Position numbers and translations under genes: made by a program. A DNA stretch of 33,848 nucleotides from an uncultured Nitrospiraceae bacterium. GTDB taxonomy: Bacteria; Nitrospirota; Thermodesulfovibrionia; Thermodesulfovibrionales; UBA1546. The DNA lies in NCBI GenBank assembly GCA_964532335.1, contig CAZHHV010000005.1, positions 1 through 33,848 on the forward strand. Reading direction: 5' to 3'. Below, piece after piece: positions 15,973-24,085 of this stretch (positions are counted from its first letter, which is position 1; every line of letters begins with the position of its first letter). Under the pieces are notes generated by a model. It had not been told where the DNA came from. It made no database searches and saw only the letters and a list, made by a program, of their open reading frames with translations.

Positions 15973-16393
15973 TTCAGCGGCATTGCTCCGGCTTCTCGGA
16001 CTGAAAGATGCAGAACTCAGCATCCTGCTTGTTGATGACAGCAGAATGAGGGGATTGAACTATAAATACCGCGGCATTGACAGGACTACGGATGTGCTCT
16101 CATTCCCGCAGATGAGTTATAGCGTTAAGCGCAAAGCGTTGAGCGTAAAATCCTATAACGCTATAAACGCACAACGCACAACGCTGCTCGGTGATGTCGT
16201 GATAAACCTTCAGGCAGTCAAGAGGCAGGCGCCTGAGCATGGGCTGTCATTTACCGGAGAATTGCAATGGCTTCTTGTTCATGGAGTTCTTCACCTCATC
16301 GGATATGACCATGAAAGGAGCAAATACGCTGAAAGGAAGATGCAGTCAAAGGAGAAAGAATTGCTTGGGTATCTGGGAAGGAGTAAGAATTAA
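15908..16393 (+). CDS. ybeY: rRNA maturation endoribonuclease YbeY with an in-frame repeat insertion
   Basis: 161 aa. TDVLSFP and zinc motif [36 protein letters not shown] is encoded by the repeat at 16121-16185. Confidence 0.92.
   Translation: MKVLIRNQQKLTKINQQKIKRDSAALLRLLGLKDAELSILLVDDSRMRGLNYKYRGIDRTTDVLSFPQMSYSVKRKALSVKSYNAINAQRTTLLGDVVINLQAVKRQAPEHGLSFTGELQWLLVHGVLHLIGYDHERSKYAERKMQSKEKELLGYLGRSKN
16121..16185. repeat. Inverted-arm element built from AGCGTTN heptamers, inside ybeY
   Basis: Left array agcgtta agcgcaa agcgttg agcgtaa (16121-16148). The right side, reverse-complemented, reads agcgttg tgcgttg tgcgttt atagcgtta (16154-16185). ttatagcgtta and taacgctataa form an 11-bp perfect inverted repeat. 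Confidence 0.8.
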
Positions 16394-17292
16394 TGCTTGC
16401 AAAACGCATAATACCGTGCCTTGATGTTAAGGACGGAAGGGTTGTAAAAGGCGTAAGCTTTCTTAATCTCAGGGATGCAGGAGACCCTGTTGAGAATGCA
16501 ATCTTTTATGATGAGCAGGGCGCTGATGAACTCGTATTCCTTGATATAACAGCATCGCATGAGAAGAGAAATATTATCCTTGACGTTGTTGAAAGGACTG
16601 CAGATGATGTATTTATGCCGCTTACAGTCGGTGGAGGAATCGGCGCTCTTGATGATATAAGACAGCTTCTGAAATCAGGATGCGATAAGGTTTCTGTAAA
16701 TACATCTGCTGTAAGAGACCCTTATTTTGTGAGCCGCGCAGCAGAGAAGTTTGGAAGCCAGTGCATTGTCGTTGCAATTGATGCGAAGCGTGTTACAAAA
16801 GAGATGACATTTACAGAAGAGGAGAAATGGTTTAATGAGCCGTCTTTAAAAGAAGTTCAGCTGGAACTGGATAAGAAAAATCCCCCTCAATCCCCCTTTG
16901 CCAAAGGGGGACTTAATAATATCCCCACTTTGCTAAAGGGGGGATTATGGGCGATATCTACACACGGCGGAAGAAAGATGAAAAGCATTGATGCTGTGCA
17001 ATGGGCAAAGAAGATGGAGGAATTGGGCGCAGGCGAGATTCTCCTTACGAGCATGAACAGGGACGGCACAAAGGACGGATATGACATTGAGCTTACAAAG
17101 GCAATTTCAGAGGCTGTGTCAATTCCTGTTATCGCCTCAGGCGGCGCAGGCAATTTAGAGCATCTCTATGAAGGACTTGTGCTTGGCAAGGCTGATGCTG
17201 TATTGGCTGCATCCATATTTCACTACAGGGAATATACAATCAAAGAGGCAAAGGAGTATTTGAAAGAAAAGGGAGTTATTGTAAGGCTTTAA
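16393..17292 (+). CDS. hisF: Imidazole glycerol phosphate synthase cyclase subunit HisF with an enlarged loop
   Basis: 299 aa. [64 protein letters not shown] junction with ybeY. Confidence 0.95.
   Translation: MLAKRIIPCLDVKDGRVVKGVSFLNLRDAGDPVENAIFYDEQGADELVFLDITASHEKRNIILDVVERTADDVFMPLTVGGGIGALDDIRQLLKSGCDKVSVNTSAVRDPYFVSRAAEKFGSQCIVVAIDAKRVTKEMTFTEEEKWFNEPSLKEVQLELDKKNPPQSPFAKGGLNNIPTLLKGGLWAISTHGGRKMKSIDAVQWAKKMEELGAGEILLTSMNRDGTKDGYDIELTKAISEAVSIPVIASGGAGNLEHLYEGLVLGKADAVLAASIFHYREYTIKEAKEYLKEKGVIVRL
16876..16946. repeat. Family A C/G palindromes (two hairpin modules) inside hisF
   Basis: tccccctttg/caaaggggga (16891-16911), and tccccacttt-gct-aaagggggga (16922-16944, one mismatch). Outer arms aaaaatccccct / aggggggatt. 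Read as [23 protein letters not shown]. Confidence 0.85.
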
Positions 17293-18353
17293 GCTTTCAA
17301 AAATTCTTTCTTTTTACTTTCAGGCAACTGTATTCTATATCTCTCTATCACTTCTTCTGTCGCAGGACTTACTCTTAAAATGAATTTTTCACCTCCGCCC
17401 GAGGCGGATGAATACACGCTCACATCAACAGACGGAAGATGTTTTGCATCAGAATATCTTGCGCATATGGATGCCGCAAGGCTAATGAAATCTTCAGAGC
17501 CATCGCCTGTGAGAAGTGTTACCGGGCTTCCGAAGTTTTCAACACTTAAGATGTAATCACCTTCTCCTGCAAGGGATTCTATCTTATCATTGTCTTTTTC
17601 ATCCCTGCCGACAATTATCTTGCAGGACGGAGAGATCCTGAAATGCCTTCCTGCTCTTAAGAGATGTAAATCCTTAAGCGATGGATTCGGATTATAATTC
17701 AAAAGCTCTCTAAGCCTGAAAGAATAGTTCGGCTCTGTAAGCAGGCATCCGCCGGCAGGCATTGGGTAGTCTGTAAGTCCGAACTCCTTTGCAAGCGCCA
17801 TCTGCTGTTTTCTTGAACGCCCGTGAAAGTCATGGAGCTTATCTCTGTCAACAAGGCCCTTTGTTTCTGAAATCGTAGGTTCAAGAAGCTTTGCGCTCAA
17901 AGGCCTGAGGACTATTCCTGACACGCCGGCTTTTTTATCAATCATAGCAAGCGTATTTCTCATCTGGCTCATAGGCCTTTGCCCGATGACCTCTCCAGTG
18001 ATTATAAAATCAGCTCCCGTTATGTTCATTAATTCCTTTGCCTCTTTGAGCATAAGAATCCTGCAGTCAATGCACGGGTTCATATTCCTGCCGTGGCCGT
18101 GTGCGGGATTTTTAACTATCTCAATGAATTTGTCTGAAAGATGGCAGAGCTTTACTGTAAAACCGAATTTCTCAGCGGCAGAAAACGGATCTTTTGAGCA
18201 TGATGATTTGTCAGAGATGTCACAGCCAAAATGCGTAAGGAATGTTATGGCAGTGACATCAATCCCCTGCCTAAGCATTGTAATGATGGCAAGCGTGCTG
18301 TCAAGACCTCCTGAAAAAAGAGCAATTGCCTTTGGTTTGTTTTGGGTATTCAT
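17289..18353 (-). CDS. PP-loop ATP pyrophosphatase, ThiI/MnmA-like tRNA sulfurtransferase family (no THUMP domain)
   Basis: 354 aa. PP-loop [10 protein letters not shown], then [10 protein letters not shown] and [15 protein letters not shown]...VLRPL, resembling the ThiI catalytic core. Confidence 0.7.
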   Translation of the reverse strand: MNTQNKPKAIALFSGGLDSTLAIITMLRQGIDVTAITFLTHFGCDISDKSSCSKDPFSAAEKFGFTVKLCHLSDKFIEIVKNPAHGHGRNMNPCIDCRILMLKEAKELMNITGADFIITGEVIGQRPMSQMRNTLAMIDKKAGVSGIVLRPLSAKLLEPTISETKGLVDRDKLHDFHGRSRKQQMALAKEFGLTDYPMPAGGCLLTEPNYSFRLRELLNYNPNPSLKDLHLLRAGRHFRISPSCKIIVGRDEKDNDKIESLAGEGDYILSVENFGSPVTLLTGDGSEDFISLAASICARYSDAKHLPSVDVSVYSSASGGGEKFILRVSPATEEVIERYRIQLPESKKKEFLKA

Positions 18354-18363
18354 AGGAACTATT

Positions 18364-19149
18364 TTATGCGCCTGTTACTCTTCTGCGTGGAATCATTTCC
18401 AGTTTGCTTTCAGTCCCTCCCAGTTTAGCGAGCCTTCTGGCGCTTTCTCTCGCTATAAGCGCTTTTAAAAACTTCTCAACAATCCTCACAATCTCCCTGT
18501 GAATATCAGCAATGCCCTTTGAGGCTTTTACCAATTTTATTCTCTTTGGTTCTTTAGCCGTAAGCTTTAGAAAACCTTCTCTGACTTTTTTGTGAAACCT
18601 TACATCTTCAAGCTCAAGCCTGTCCCTTTTGTTTATTCTTTTGTTTCTCATAAGGCCGGTCTCAACATCGAGGTCAAGGAGTATCGTGAGGTCAGGCCTC
18701 ATCCTTCCTGTTGCAATCCTGTCAAGAGAGTCTATTAGTTTAGGGCTTATGCCCCTGCCATAGCCCTGATACGCGACAGTGGAATCGCTGAAACGGTCTG
18801 TAATGACAACCCTCCCGCTTTCAATTGCAGGAATAATCTTTTCTTTTATGTGCTGGATCCGCGCTGCGTTATAGAGCAGAAGCTCTGCCATATAATCCAT
18901 TTTGTCATGTTTAGTTGAAAGCAGAACCCTTCTTATCTCCCTGCTTATCGCAGTCCCTCCGGGCTCTTCGGTAAGCGCTGTCTCATATCCTTTTTTTGTA
19001 AGATACTCAGAAAGCATTCTTGCCTGTGTGGATTTGCCGGTGCCCTCTATTCCTTCAAAAGATATAAAAATCCCCCTCTTGCCCCCTCTACGAGCCATGG
19101 CCTTTGACAAAGGGGGGTGGGGGGGGATTTCTAATTTTCCGCCTTTCAT
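18364..19149 (-). CDS. tmk: Thymidylate kinase (start ambiguous: 19149 with ATGA coupling, or 19098)
   Basis: FISFEGIEGTGKSTQ P-loop, then TEEPGGT, DRFSDSTVAYQG. The first 17 codons (MKGGKLEIPPHPPLSKA) are repeat-derived. There is a roughly 30-aa basic C-terminal tail. Confidence 0.9.
   Translation of the reverse strand: MKGGKLEIPPHPPLSKAMARRGGKRGIFISFEGIEGTGKSTQARMLSEYLTKKGYETALTEEPGGTAISREIRRVLLSTKHDKMDYMAELLLYNAARIQHIKEKIIPAIESGRVVITDRFSDSTVAYQGYGRGISPKLIDSLDRIATGRMRPDLTILLDLDVETGLMRNKRINKRDRLELEDVRFHKKVREGFLKLTAKEPKRIKLVKASKGIADIHREIVRIVEKFLKALIARESARRLAKLGGTESKLEMIPRRRVTGA
19066..19130. repeat. Family A C/G palindrome (degenerate centre) at the tmk 5' end
   Basis: aaatccccc (19068-19076) pairs with gggggattt (19122-19130). 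Inner gccccc / gggggg runs. The central gccatggc carries the alternative ATG at 19098. Confidence 0.75.
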
Positions 19150-20153
19150 TTTGAATACGCCTCTTTGAGCTGCATAAGCATCTGGAATATCTTTAATGCC
19201 TCCTCAATGCTCCTGGAGCCTGTGCCGCATGACGGCGTAAGGATTATCCTTGAAAGAATAAGTCCTGATGAGACTGCCTTGGACATCTTTTCCAGTTTCA
19301 TGTCAAATTGTTTTCTTATTGAATCAAAAGTTTCACGCCTTATCGCATCTGTTGTAGGCACAATCCCCCAGGCAAGGCATCCTCCTCTTTCAAAAAATCT
19401 GTCAACATCACTGCGATACATCAAGAGCGTGTCAAAATATCCGTAAGCATCAAAGTTCAGGATATCTATGCCTGTTCCCATCACAGAAGGCCAGTCGGCA
19501 TTGCCGCAGCAGTGTATGCCTGAAATGCCTCCATTGTCTTTTATGGTATCTGAAGCCTCTCTTATAAGCCTCATTGCATCATCAGAGTTTACGCCAAGAT
19601 AGGCTGTGCTGCCGAGGGCAGAGAGTATCGGCTCATCAAGAAATATAATCACATTATCTGCAAACTGCTTAAGCATGCCTATCTGCCATCTGATCTTTGC
19701 CTTAAGAAGCATAAGCGCTATTTCCCTGAGTTCCTCATCAAAATAAACCGGCCTTCCATCAGCGTCTTTGAGCCCGAGCGTAAAGGTCAGAGGCCCTGTT
19801 ACATGCCCCTTGAGAAACCCAAAAGGCGCTTTAATCATTTTGAGAAATGCATGGAGCCCTCTTCCATAATCATCAGAGATTGCAATCCTGCTGTCATCAG
19901 TGCATGACTCATAGAACCTTTCAAGCTCATCGCTCTTGTTTCTTTCAATCCAGACCAGTTCTTTTTCTGCATCTATCCTGATATAAGGCATTCCTTCTGA
20001 GTACTGAGGTACCATCCACTCCCTGAAGGACATCTTGGGAAGCTGGGGCCAGAAAGGGATGTCAAAAATTTTGAGGATGAGCCTGCACGCCTCTTCAGCA
20101 TCTTTGTGCGGAAGGCTTCCGATTCCTGTTGTTGAGAATGGTTTTGGCAGCAT
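19146..20153 (-). CDS. MetE/MtaA-like Zn-dependent methyltransferase family protein (TIM barrel), function uncertain
   Basis: 335 aa. TTGIGSLPH N-terminus. Candidate Zn ligands in GIHCCGN and LTPSCGTG, resembling cobalamin-independent methionine synthase and methylcobamide methyltransferase motifs. Confidence 0.5.
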   Translation of the reverse strand: MLPKPFSTTGIGSLPHKDAEEACRLILKIFDIPFWPQLPKMSFREWMVPQYSEGMPYIRIDAEKELVWIERNKSDELERFYESCTDDSRIAISDDYGRGLHAFLKMIKAPFGFLKGHVTGPLTFTLGLKDADGRPVYFDEELREIALMLLKAKIRWQIGMLKQFADNVIIFLDEPILSALGSTAYLGVNSDDAMRLIREASDTIKDNGGISGIHCCGNADWPSVMGTGIDILNFDAYGYFDTLLMYRSDVDRFFERGGCLAWGIVPTTDAIRRETFDSIRKQFDMKLEKMSKAVSSGLILSRIILTPSCGTGSRSIEEALKIFQMLMQLKEAYSK

Positions 20154-20203
20154 TTAAGAATGATACATTATTGGCTGCGGTTGTTTCAAATGGAGGGGTA
20201 TTC

Positions 20204-20551
20204 TTACTGCCTTAATCCCTTTAAAACATTATAAACCACCGCAAGCTCGCGTATTTCCATATCTTGCAGAGAAGAAGATATGGCGTCAATATACTCTTTC
20301 TTCTGTTTAGCCTCTTTTTTCCTGTCACGAAACAGAATTGTCCCCTTAAAATCAAAGAAATCTTTTGGATTTACACTGAGGGCTTTTGCCAGAGCTTCAA
20401 AGGTTTTAAATGACGGCTGCGACATGCCCCGCTCCAGCCTGCTTATATATTCAACGCTCAGCCCTGTCTTTTCAGCAAGCATTTCCTGCGTCAGTTTTGC
20501 GGCTTTTCTAATCTGCTTTATCCTCTTGCCCAACTGCTTGCCAAGGTCCAT
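20204..20551 (-). CDS. XRE-family helix-turn-helix transcriptional regulator
   Basis: 115 aa. LGKRIKQIRKAAKLTQEMLAEKTGLSVEYISRLERGMSQPSFKTFEALAKAL is a canonical Cro/C1 HTH. Confidence 0.85.
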   Translation of the reverse strand: MDLGKQLGKRIKQIRKAAKLTQEMLAEKTGLSVEYISRLERGMSQPSFKTFEALAKALSVNPKDFFDFKGTILFRDRKKEAKQKKEYIDAISSSLQDMEIRELAVVYNVLKGLRQ

Positions 20552-20634
20552 CGTGAGATACCTCTTTTTGATTGATAATATAGTGCATTCAGGGAGGATA
20601 ATAAGGGACTACTAATACGAATTTATATTTATTA

Positions 20635-20664
20635 TTGACATGATAGGTCTATATATGCTATAAA
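20635..20664 (+). promoter_or_regulatory. Sigma-70-like promoter for the TPR/beta-barrel gene
   Basis: TTGACA (20635-20640), an 18-nt spacer, then TATAAA (20659-20664). Downstream are a 7-bp-stem hairpin accgtta-aagaaa-taacggt (20673-20692) and a strong AGGAGG (20717-20722) 7 nt before ATG 20730. Confidence 0.4.
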
Positions 20665-20729
20665 CCAAACTGACCGTTAAAGAAATAACGGTAAATAAAG
20701 GTAGTCCCATATACACAGGAGGTCATCAT

Positions 20730-22250
20730 ATGCCCGACAAATGGCGGCTTTTCTTAATTGCATTAATCACCTGTATTTTCATTCAATCCTTTGCTTTTGC
20801 GCAGGACATTCAATACCAGCCGCTTATCTTCGGGATGGAGCATTACAAAAGCGGCAAATATAAGGAAGCACTTGAGGAATTCCAAAAAGCGATTGTTATC
20901 TTTCCGAACGACCCTGATGTGCCGTTTTATATCGGACTCGCCTATTTGCAGCTCAATGAGCCGGATAAGGCTATTGAATATTTTAAAAAGACCATAGAGA
21001 AAGATACCGGCTATACAGATGCCCATTTCCAACTCGGTATAGTTCTTATCCAGAAAAAAGAATACAAGAATGCTATTTCACACCTTGAGCAGATCCATAA
21101 AAAAGAGCCTGAAAGGGAAGATTTAGGCTACTTCCTCGGCTTTGCTCATTATCAAACAGGGGATTATAAAAAGGCGCTGCATTATCTTGAGAAGGCTAAG
21201 ACAAAGGATAAGACCATTGAGAGCCTTATCCTTTACTATACAGGACTTGCCAAGCAGCAACTCGGCAAAACCAAAGAGGCGGCGGTAGCGTATAAGAAGA
21301 TAATCATTACTGACCCGACATCTCCACTGGCAGAACCTTCACAGAGGCTTATCGCAGCAATAGAACTGGAAGAAAGGCTTAAAAAGCGGTTCAGCATAGA
21401 TTTGACCACCAAGCTTCAGTATGACGACAATATTATCCTTGTTCCGACCACCAATGTTTTCAATCTGAGAAATAAGGAGAGAAAAAGCACTATAGAACTT
21501 TTCTATCTGAGGGGCGAGTATGCCTTTATAAGAAAACCTGATTTTGACCTCGCGGCATCCTACGGCTTTTACCAGACCATTACTAACAAAATGAGAGATA
21601 TGGATGTTCAGGACCATATTCTTTCTCTTGACCTTTCAAAAAGGGGAAGCCTTGGCTCAATGCCATACGACTTTAAAATTAATTATGCATACGATTACCT
21701 GCTCTCGGATTATCATTATCTCCTTCAGAGGCATACCATAAGACCTGTGTTTATTCTGATGGAAAGCCGGATGAACCTGACTGTTTTCCAATATGCCTTT
21801 CAGGTCAAGGAATTCAGAGAAAAGCCTTTGTTCCTTGAGGATGACAGGGATGCCGTTAACCATGAAGCAGGCTTTATTCATTTCTTGAGGTTTAATGATG
21901 CAAAACACCATATAAAGGCCGGTTATTTTTACGATAGAGAGATTACCGAGGGGGCTAACTGGAAATATTCAGGGAATAAGCTTGTTACAGGTTTTCAATA
22001 CACATTCCCAAAAGACATCCGGTTGACTGCGGACTATGAATACAAAATGACCCGGTATAAGAATAACAACATTTACTTTGACAAAAAGCGTGAGGATACG
22101 GAAAGGTCACTGAATACAGTTGTCTCAAAAGATATTGGGAAAGGATGGAGTGTTTCTCTGGAATATCTACGGAGGAGAAACTCATCCAATATAGATTTGT
22201 ATGACTATAGAAAGAACCTCTACTCAATGGGATTGAGTTGGAGATGGTAA
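20730..22250 (+). CDS. Outer-membrane protein with N-terminal TPR repeats and a C-terminal beta-barrel; Slam/DUF560-like (type XI secretion) translocator candidate
   Basis: 506 aa. Signal peptide ...IQSFAFA/QD, then TPR-like repeats (YKSGKYKEALEEFQKAI, LNEPDKAIEYFKKTIE, KKEYKNAISHLEQI, TGDYKKALHYLEKA, LGKTKEAAVAYKKII). The barrel begins RFSIDLTTKLQYDDNIILVP and ends REDTERSLNTVVSKDIGKGWSVSLEYLRRRNSSNIDLYDYRKNLYSMGLSWRW with an aromatic terminus. Confidence 0.6.
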   Translation: MPDKWRLFLIALITCIFIQSFAFAQDIQYQPLIFGMEHYKSGKYKEALEEFQKAIVIFPNDPDVPFYIGLAYLQLNEPDKAIEYFKKTIEKDTGYTDAHFQLGIVLIQKKEYKNAISHLEQIHKKEPEREDLGYFLGFAHYQTGDYKKALHYLEKAKTKDKTIESLILYYTGLAKQQLGKTKEAAVAYKKIIITDPTSPLAEPSQRLIAAIELEERLKKRFSIDLTTKLQYDDNIILVPTTNVFNLRNKERKSTIELFYLRGEYAFIRKPDFDLAASYGFYQTITNKMRDMDVQDHILSLDLSKRGSLGSMPYDFKINYAYDYLLSDYHYLLQRHTIRPVFILMESRMNLTVFQYAFQVKEFREKPLFLEDDRDAVNHEAGFIHFLRFNDAKHHIKAGYFYDREITEGANWKYSGNKLVTGFQYTFPKDIRLTADYEYKMTRYKNNNIYFDKKREDTERSLNTVVSKDIGKGWSVSLEYLRRRNSSNIDLYDYRKNLYSMGLSWRW

Positions 22251-22264
22251 AGGAGGAAAGGAAA

Positions 22265-23431
22265 ATGATAGTAGCAATGTATCTTGCGTTCTCAGTTTTT
22301 AACCTACATGCAGAGTCATTGCCGCAGGTTCCTACAGACTTTATATTGCCGCTTCAAAGTAATGACAAAATATATTTAGTTACAGAGGCTGGAGGAAAAT
22401 CGCCAATCTATACTAAAGAGGAAGGATATTATGATTCTTTTCATGCTTCCGACAAAGCTTATTATTCATTAGATTTTGATGTGGGAAAAGGGGGCAAGGC
22501 AAATGTAGTTGCAGTTGACAGCGGGAAGGTTGTTGCTGTTGTCTATGAAGGGAAATACCAGCATATTACGGTAGACCATGGCAATGGATATCTTACAGAA
22601 TATGCTGAATTTGATATTGACAAAAAGTTTAAAGTGGGTGATAAGGTCGGGAAAGGTGATAAACTTGGAATTTTATCAGGTAAGCCAGTGGAACATCTAC
22701 ATTTTCAGGTTAAATATTCTGAGACAGGCGAACATGGAACAGGACTAAGCAAAAGAGATAACAGGGGACTTGAGGGTGTTAAAATAGCTGGAGTCCCTTT
22801 AACAGATTACAAACTAAAGGATAAAAATGGAGTTCCCCAAAGCACGGATGTTGTAGATGTATTAAAGTCAGCTAATATGTCATCAGCCGCCAAGCAAATA
22901 TCCTCTCAACAGATTAATTCGTCTGCTCAGATTGCGCTTCAGGATTTTGAAAAGATTACCAAGACTGCCCATACCACGCCTATGCAAGTTGTTAATCTCC
23001 TTCCCGACAAGGACAAAGTCGCTCAGCAGACACCTGATAAACTGACCAAGCAACTCCCAGACAATTATACAGTCCCTTTGAAAGGCACATTATTATGGAC
23101 ATCTTCCAATTCATCAAGTAAGCCAGTTGGACAAATCGACGATGCTGGTGGTGGTGGAACAATAACAAAAAATGGCAATAATATTACATTTTTCATTCCT
23201 AATACAGACCCTTCTAATAGAAAAGGCGATACTCTAACAGGTACTATTTCTGGGACTTCATTTTCCGTTACAGGCGGATTCCAATCAGATCCTTTAGATG
23301 GTTGCCCAACCTGTGCGGCTACCATCACTATGAATGGAAATATCTATATTAATGGAAAAATTATGAGTGGAACATACAAGAAAGTTGGGACGGGAGGGGA
23401 AGAGTCTTATACTGGAATTTTCATCAAATAA
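22265..23431 (+). CDS. Secreted M23/LytM-family metallopeptidase with a low-complexity linker and a Gly/Thr-rich C-terminal beta domain (candidate Slam cargo)
   Basis: ATG 22265 has AGGAGG 8 nt upstream. Alternatives are ATG 22244 and TTG 22238, which overlap the upstream stop. Signal peptide MIVAMYLAFSVFNLHA/ES. M23 core: VVAVDSGKVVAV, ITVDHGNGYLTEYAEF, VKVGDKVGKGDKLGIL, EHLHFQV. C-terminus: TLTGTISGTSFSVTGG...GKIMSGTYKKVGTGGEESYTGIFIK. Confidence 0.8.
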   Translation: MIVAMYLAFSVFNLHAESLPQVPTDFILPLQSNDKIYLVTEAGGKSPIYTKEEGYYDSFHASDKAYYSLDFDVGKGGKANVVAVDSGKVVAVVYEGKYQHITVDHGNGYLTEYAEFDIDKKFKVGDKVGKGDKLGILSGKPVEHLHFQVKYSETGEHGTGLSKRDNRGLEGVKIAGVPLTDYKLKDKNGVPQSTDVVDVLKSANMSSAAKQISSQQINSSAQIALQDFEKITKTAHTTPMQVVNLLPDKDKVAQQTPDKLTKQLPDNYTVPLKGTLLWTSSNSSSKPVGQIDDAGGGGTITKNGNNITFFIPNTDPSNRKGDTLTGTISGTSFSVTGGFQSDPLDGCPTCAATITMNGNIYINGKIMSGTYKKVGTGGEESYTGIFIK

Positions 23432-23671
23432 AAGAGGGGCAGATTTTCGGGGAAATAGAGATTATTAAGTAATGTGATGTAACAGGAATCTAACAGTAAT
23501 TCGGAGACTCAAGACGCCAATGCATGTTATCGGTCTCTTGCAGTCGTCCGAAAACTTTTTCTTCTCCTCTTGTGAATCAAATATCATATGCAATTTTAAG
23601 GGGACAGGTACATTTTATCCTGCGGACATGCGGTATCCAGCCTGGGATTTTTTAGGAGTCGGCGACAGGAT

Positions 23672-24082
23672 TTATGTTTTCCAGTTGTCTAACAGCAACC
23701 CCTCAATGCGGGAAAAGTGATTGGTGTTATTCGTAATGAGGACAAGGTTGTTTACGACTGCTATTGCAGCAACAAGGATATCGGCATCGGATATGATGTT
23801 CCCCTTCTCTTTAAGAGATGCATATATGTCGGCAGCTTTCACTATGGCATCATCAGTAATTGGAAGAACATTGTTGATAGCACAGAACCTGTTAAAAAGC
23901 TCAATCTGCTTTTCAGCCTTTTTTGCCTTCAATCCTTTAAGAATTTCATATTTCGTTATATGGGAGATGTTAAGGCAACTGTGGATGCTGATATATTCGG
24001 AAGCCTTTGCCAATACCTTGGAATTTTTCTTGAAAAGCTCTGAAAGAATATCCGTGTCAATAAGTGAAGGGGGATAAGCCAT
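23672..24082 (-). CDS. vapC: PIN-domain toxin (VapC-like)
   Basis: 136 aa. LIDTDILSEL, HITKYEIL, ISDADILVAAIAV, LITNNTNHF are the four PIN acidic-residue regions. Confidence 0.8.
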   Translation of the reverse strand: MAYPPSLIDTDILSELFKKNSKVLAKASEYISIHSCLNISHITKYEILKGLKAKKAEKQIELFNRFCAINNVLPITDDAIVKAADIYASLKEKGNIISDADILVAAIAVVNNLVLITNNTNHFSRIEGLLLDNWKT

Positions 24083-24085
24083 GTC

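Noticed and set aside
18364-18480. A ~30-aa basic C-terminal tail on Tmk (ALIARESARRLAKLGGTESKLEMIPRRRVTGA) as a possible fused domain or repeat
   Set aside because: There is only a weak 7-bp inverted repeat (tagcgag/ctcgcta) and no similarity to the repeat families above. It could simply be read-through to the next stop. Evidence is insufficient.
23432-23671. A 240-bp non-coding gap between the M23 gene and convergent vapC, and track ORF 23520-23720, as a possible immunity gene or sRNA
   Set aside because: The 66-aa ORF has no SD, overlaps the vapC 3' end and has no TM segment or signal peptide. I could find no convincing hairpin/terminator or conserved RNA motif by eye.
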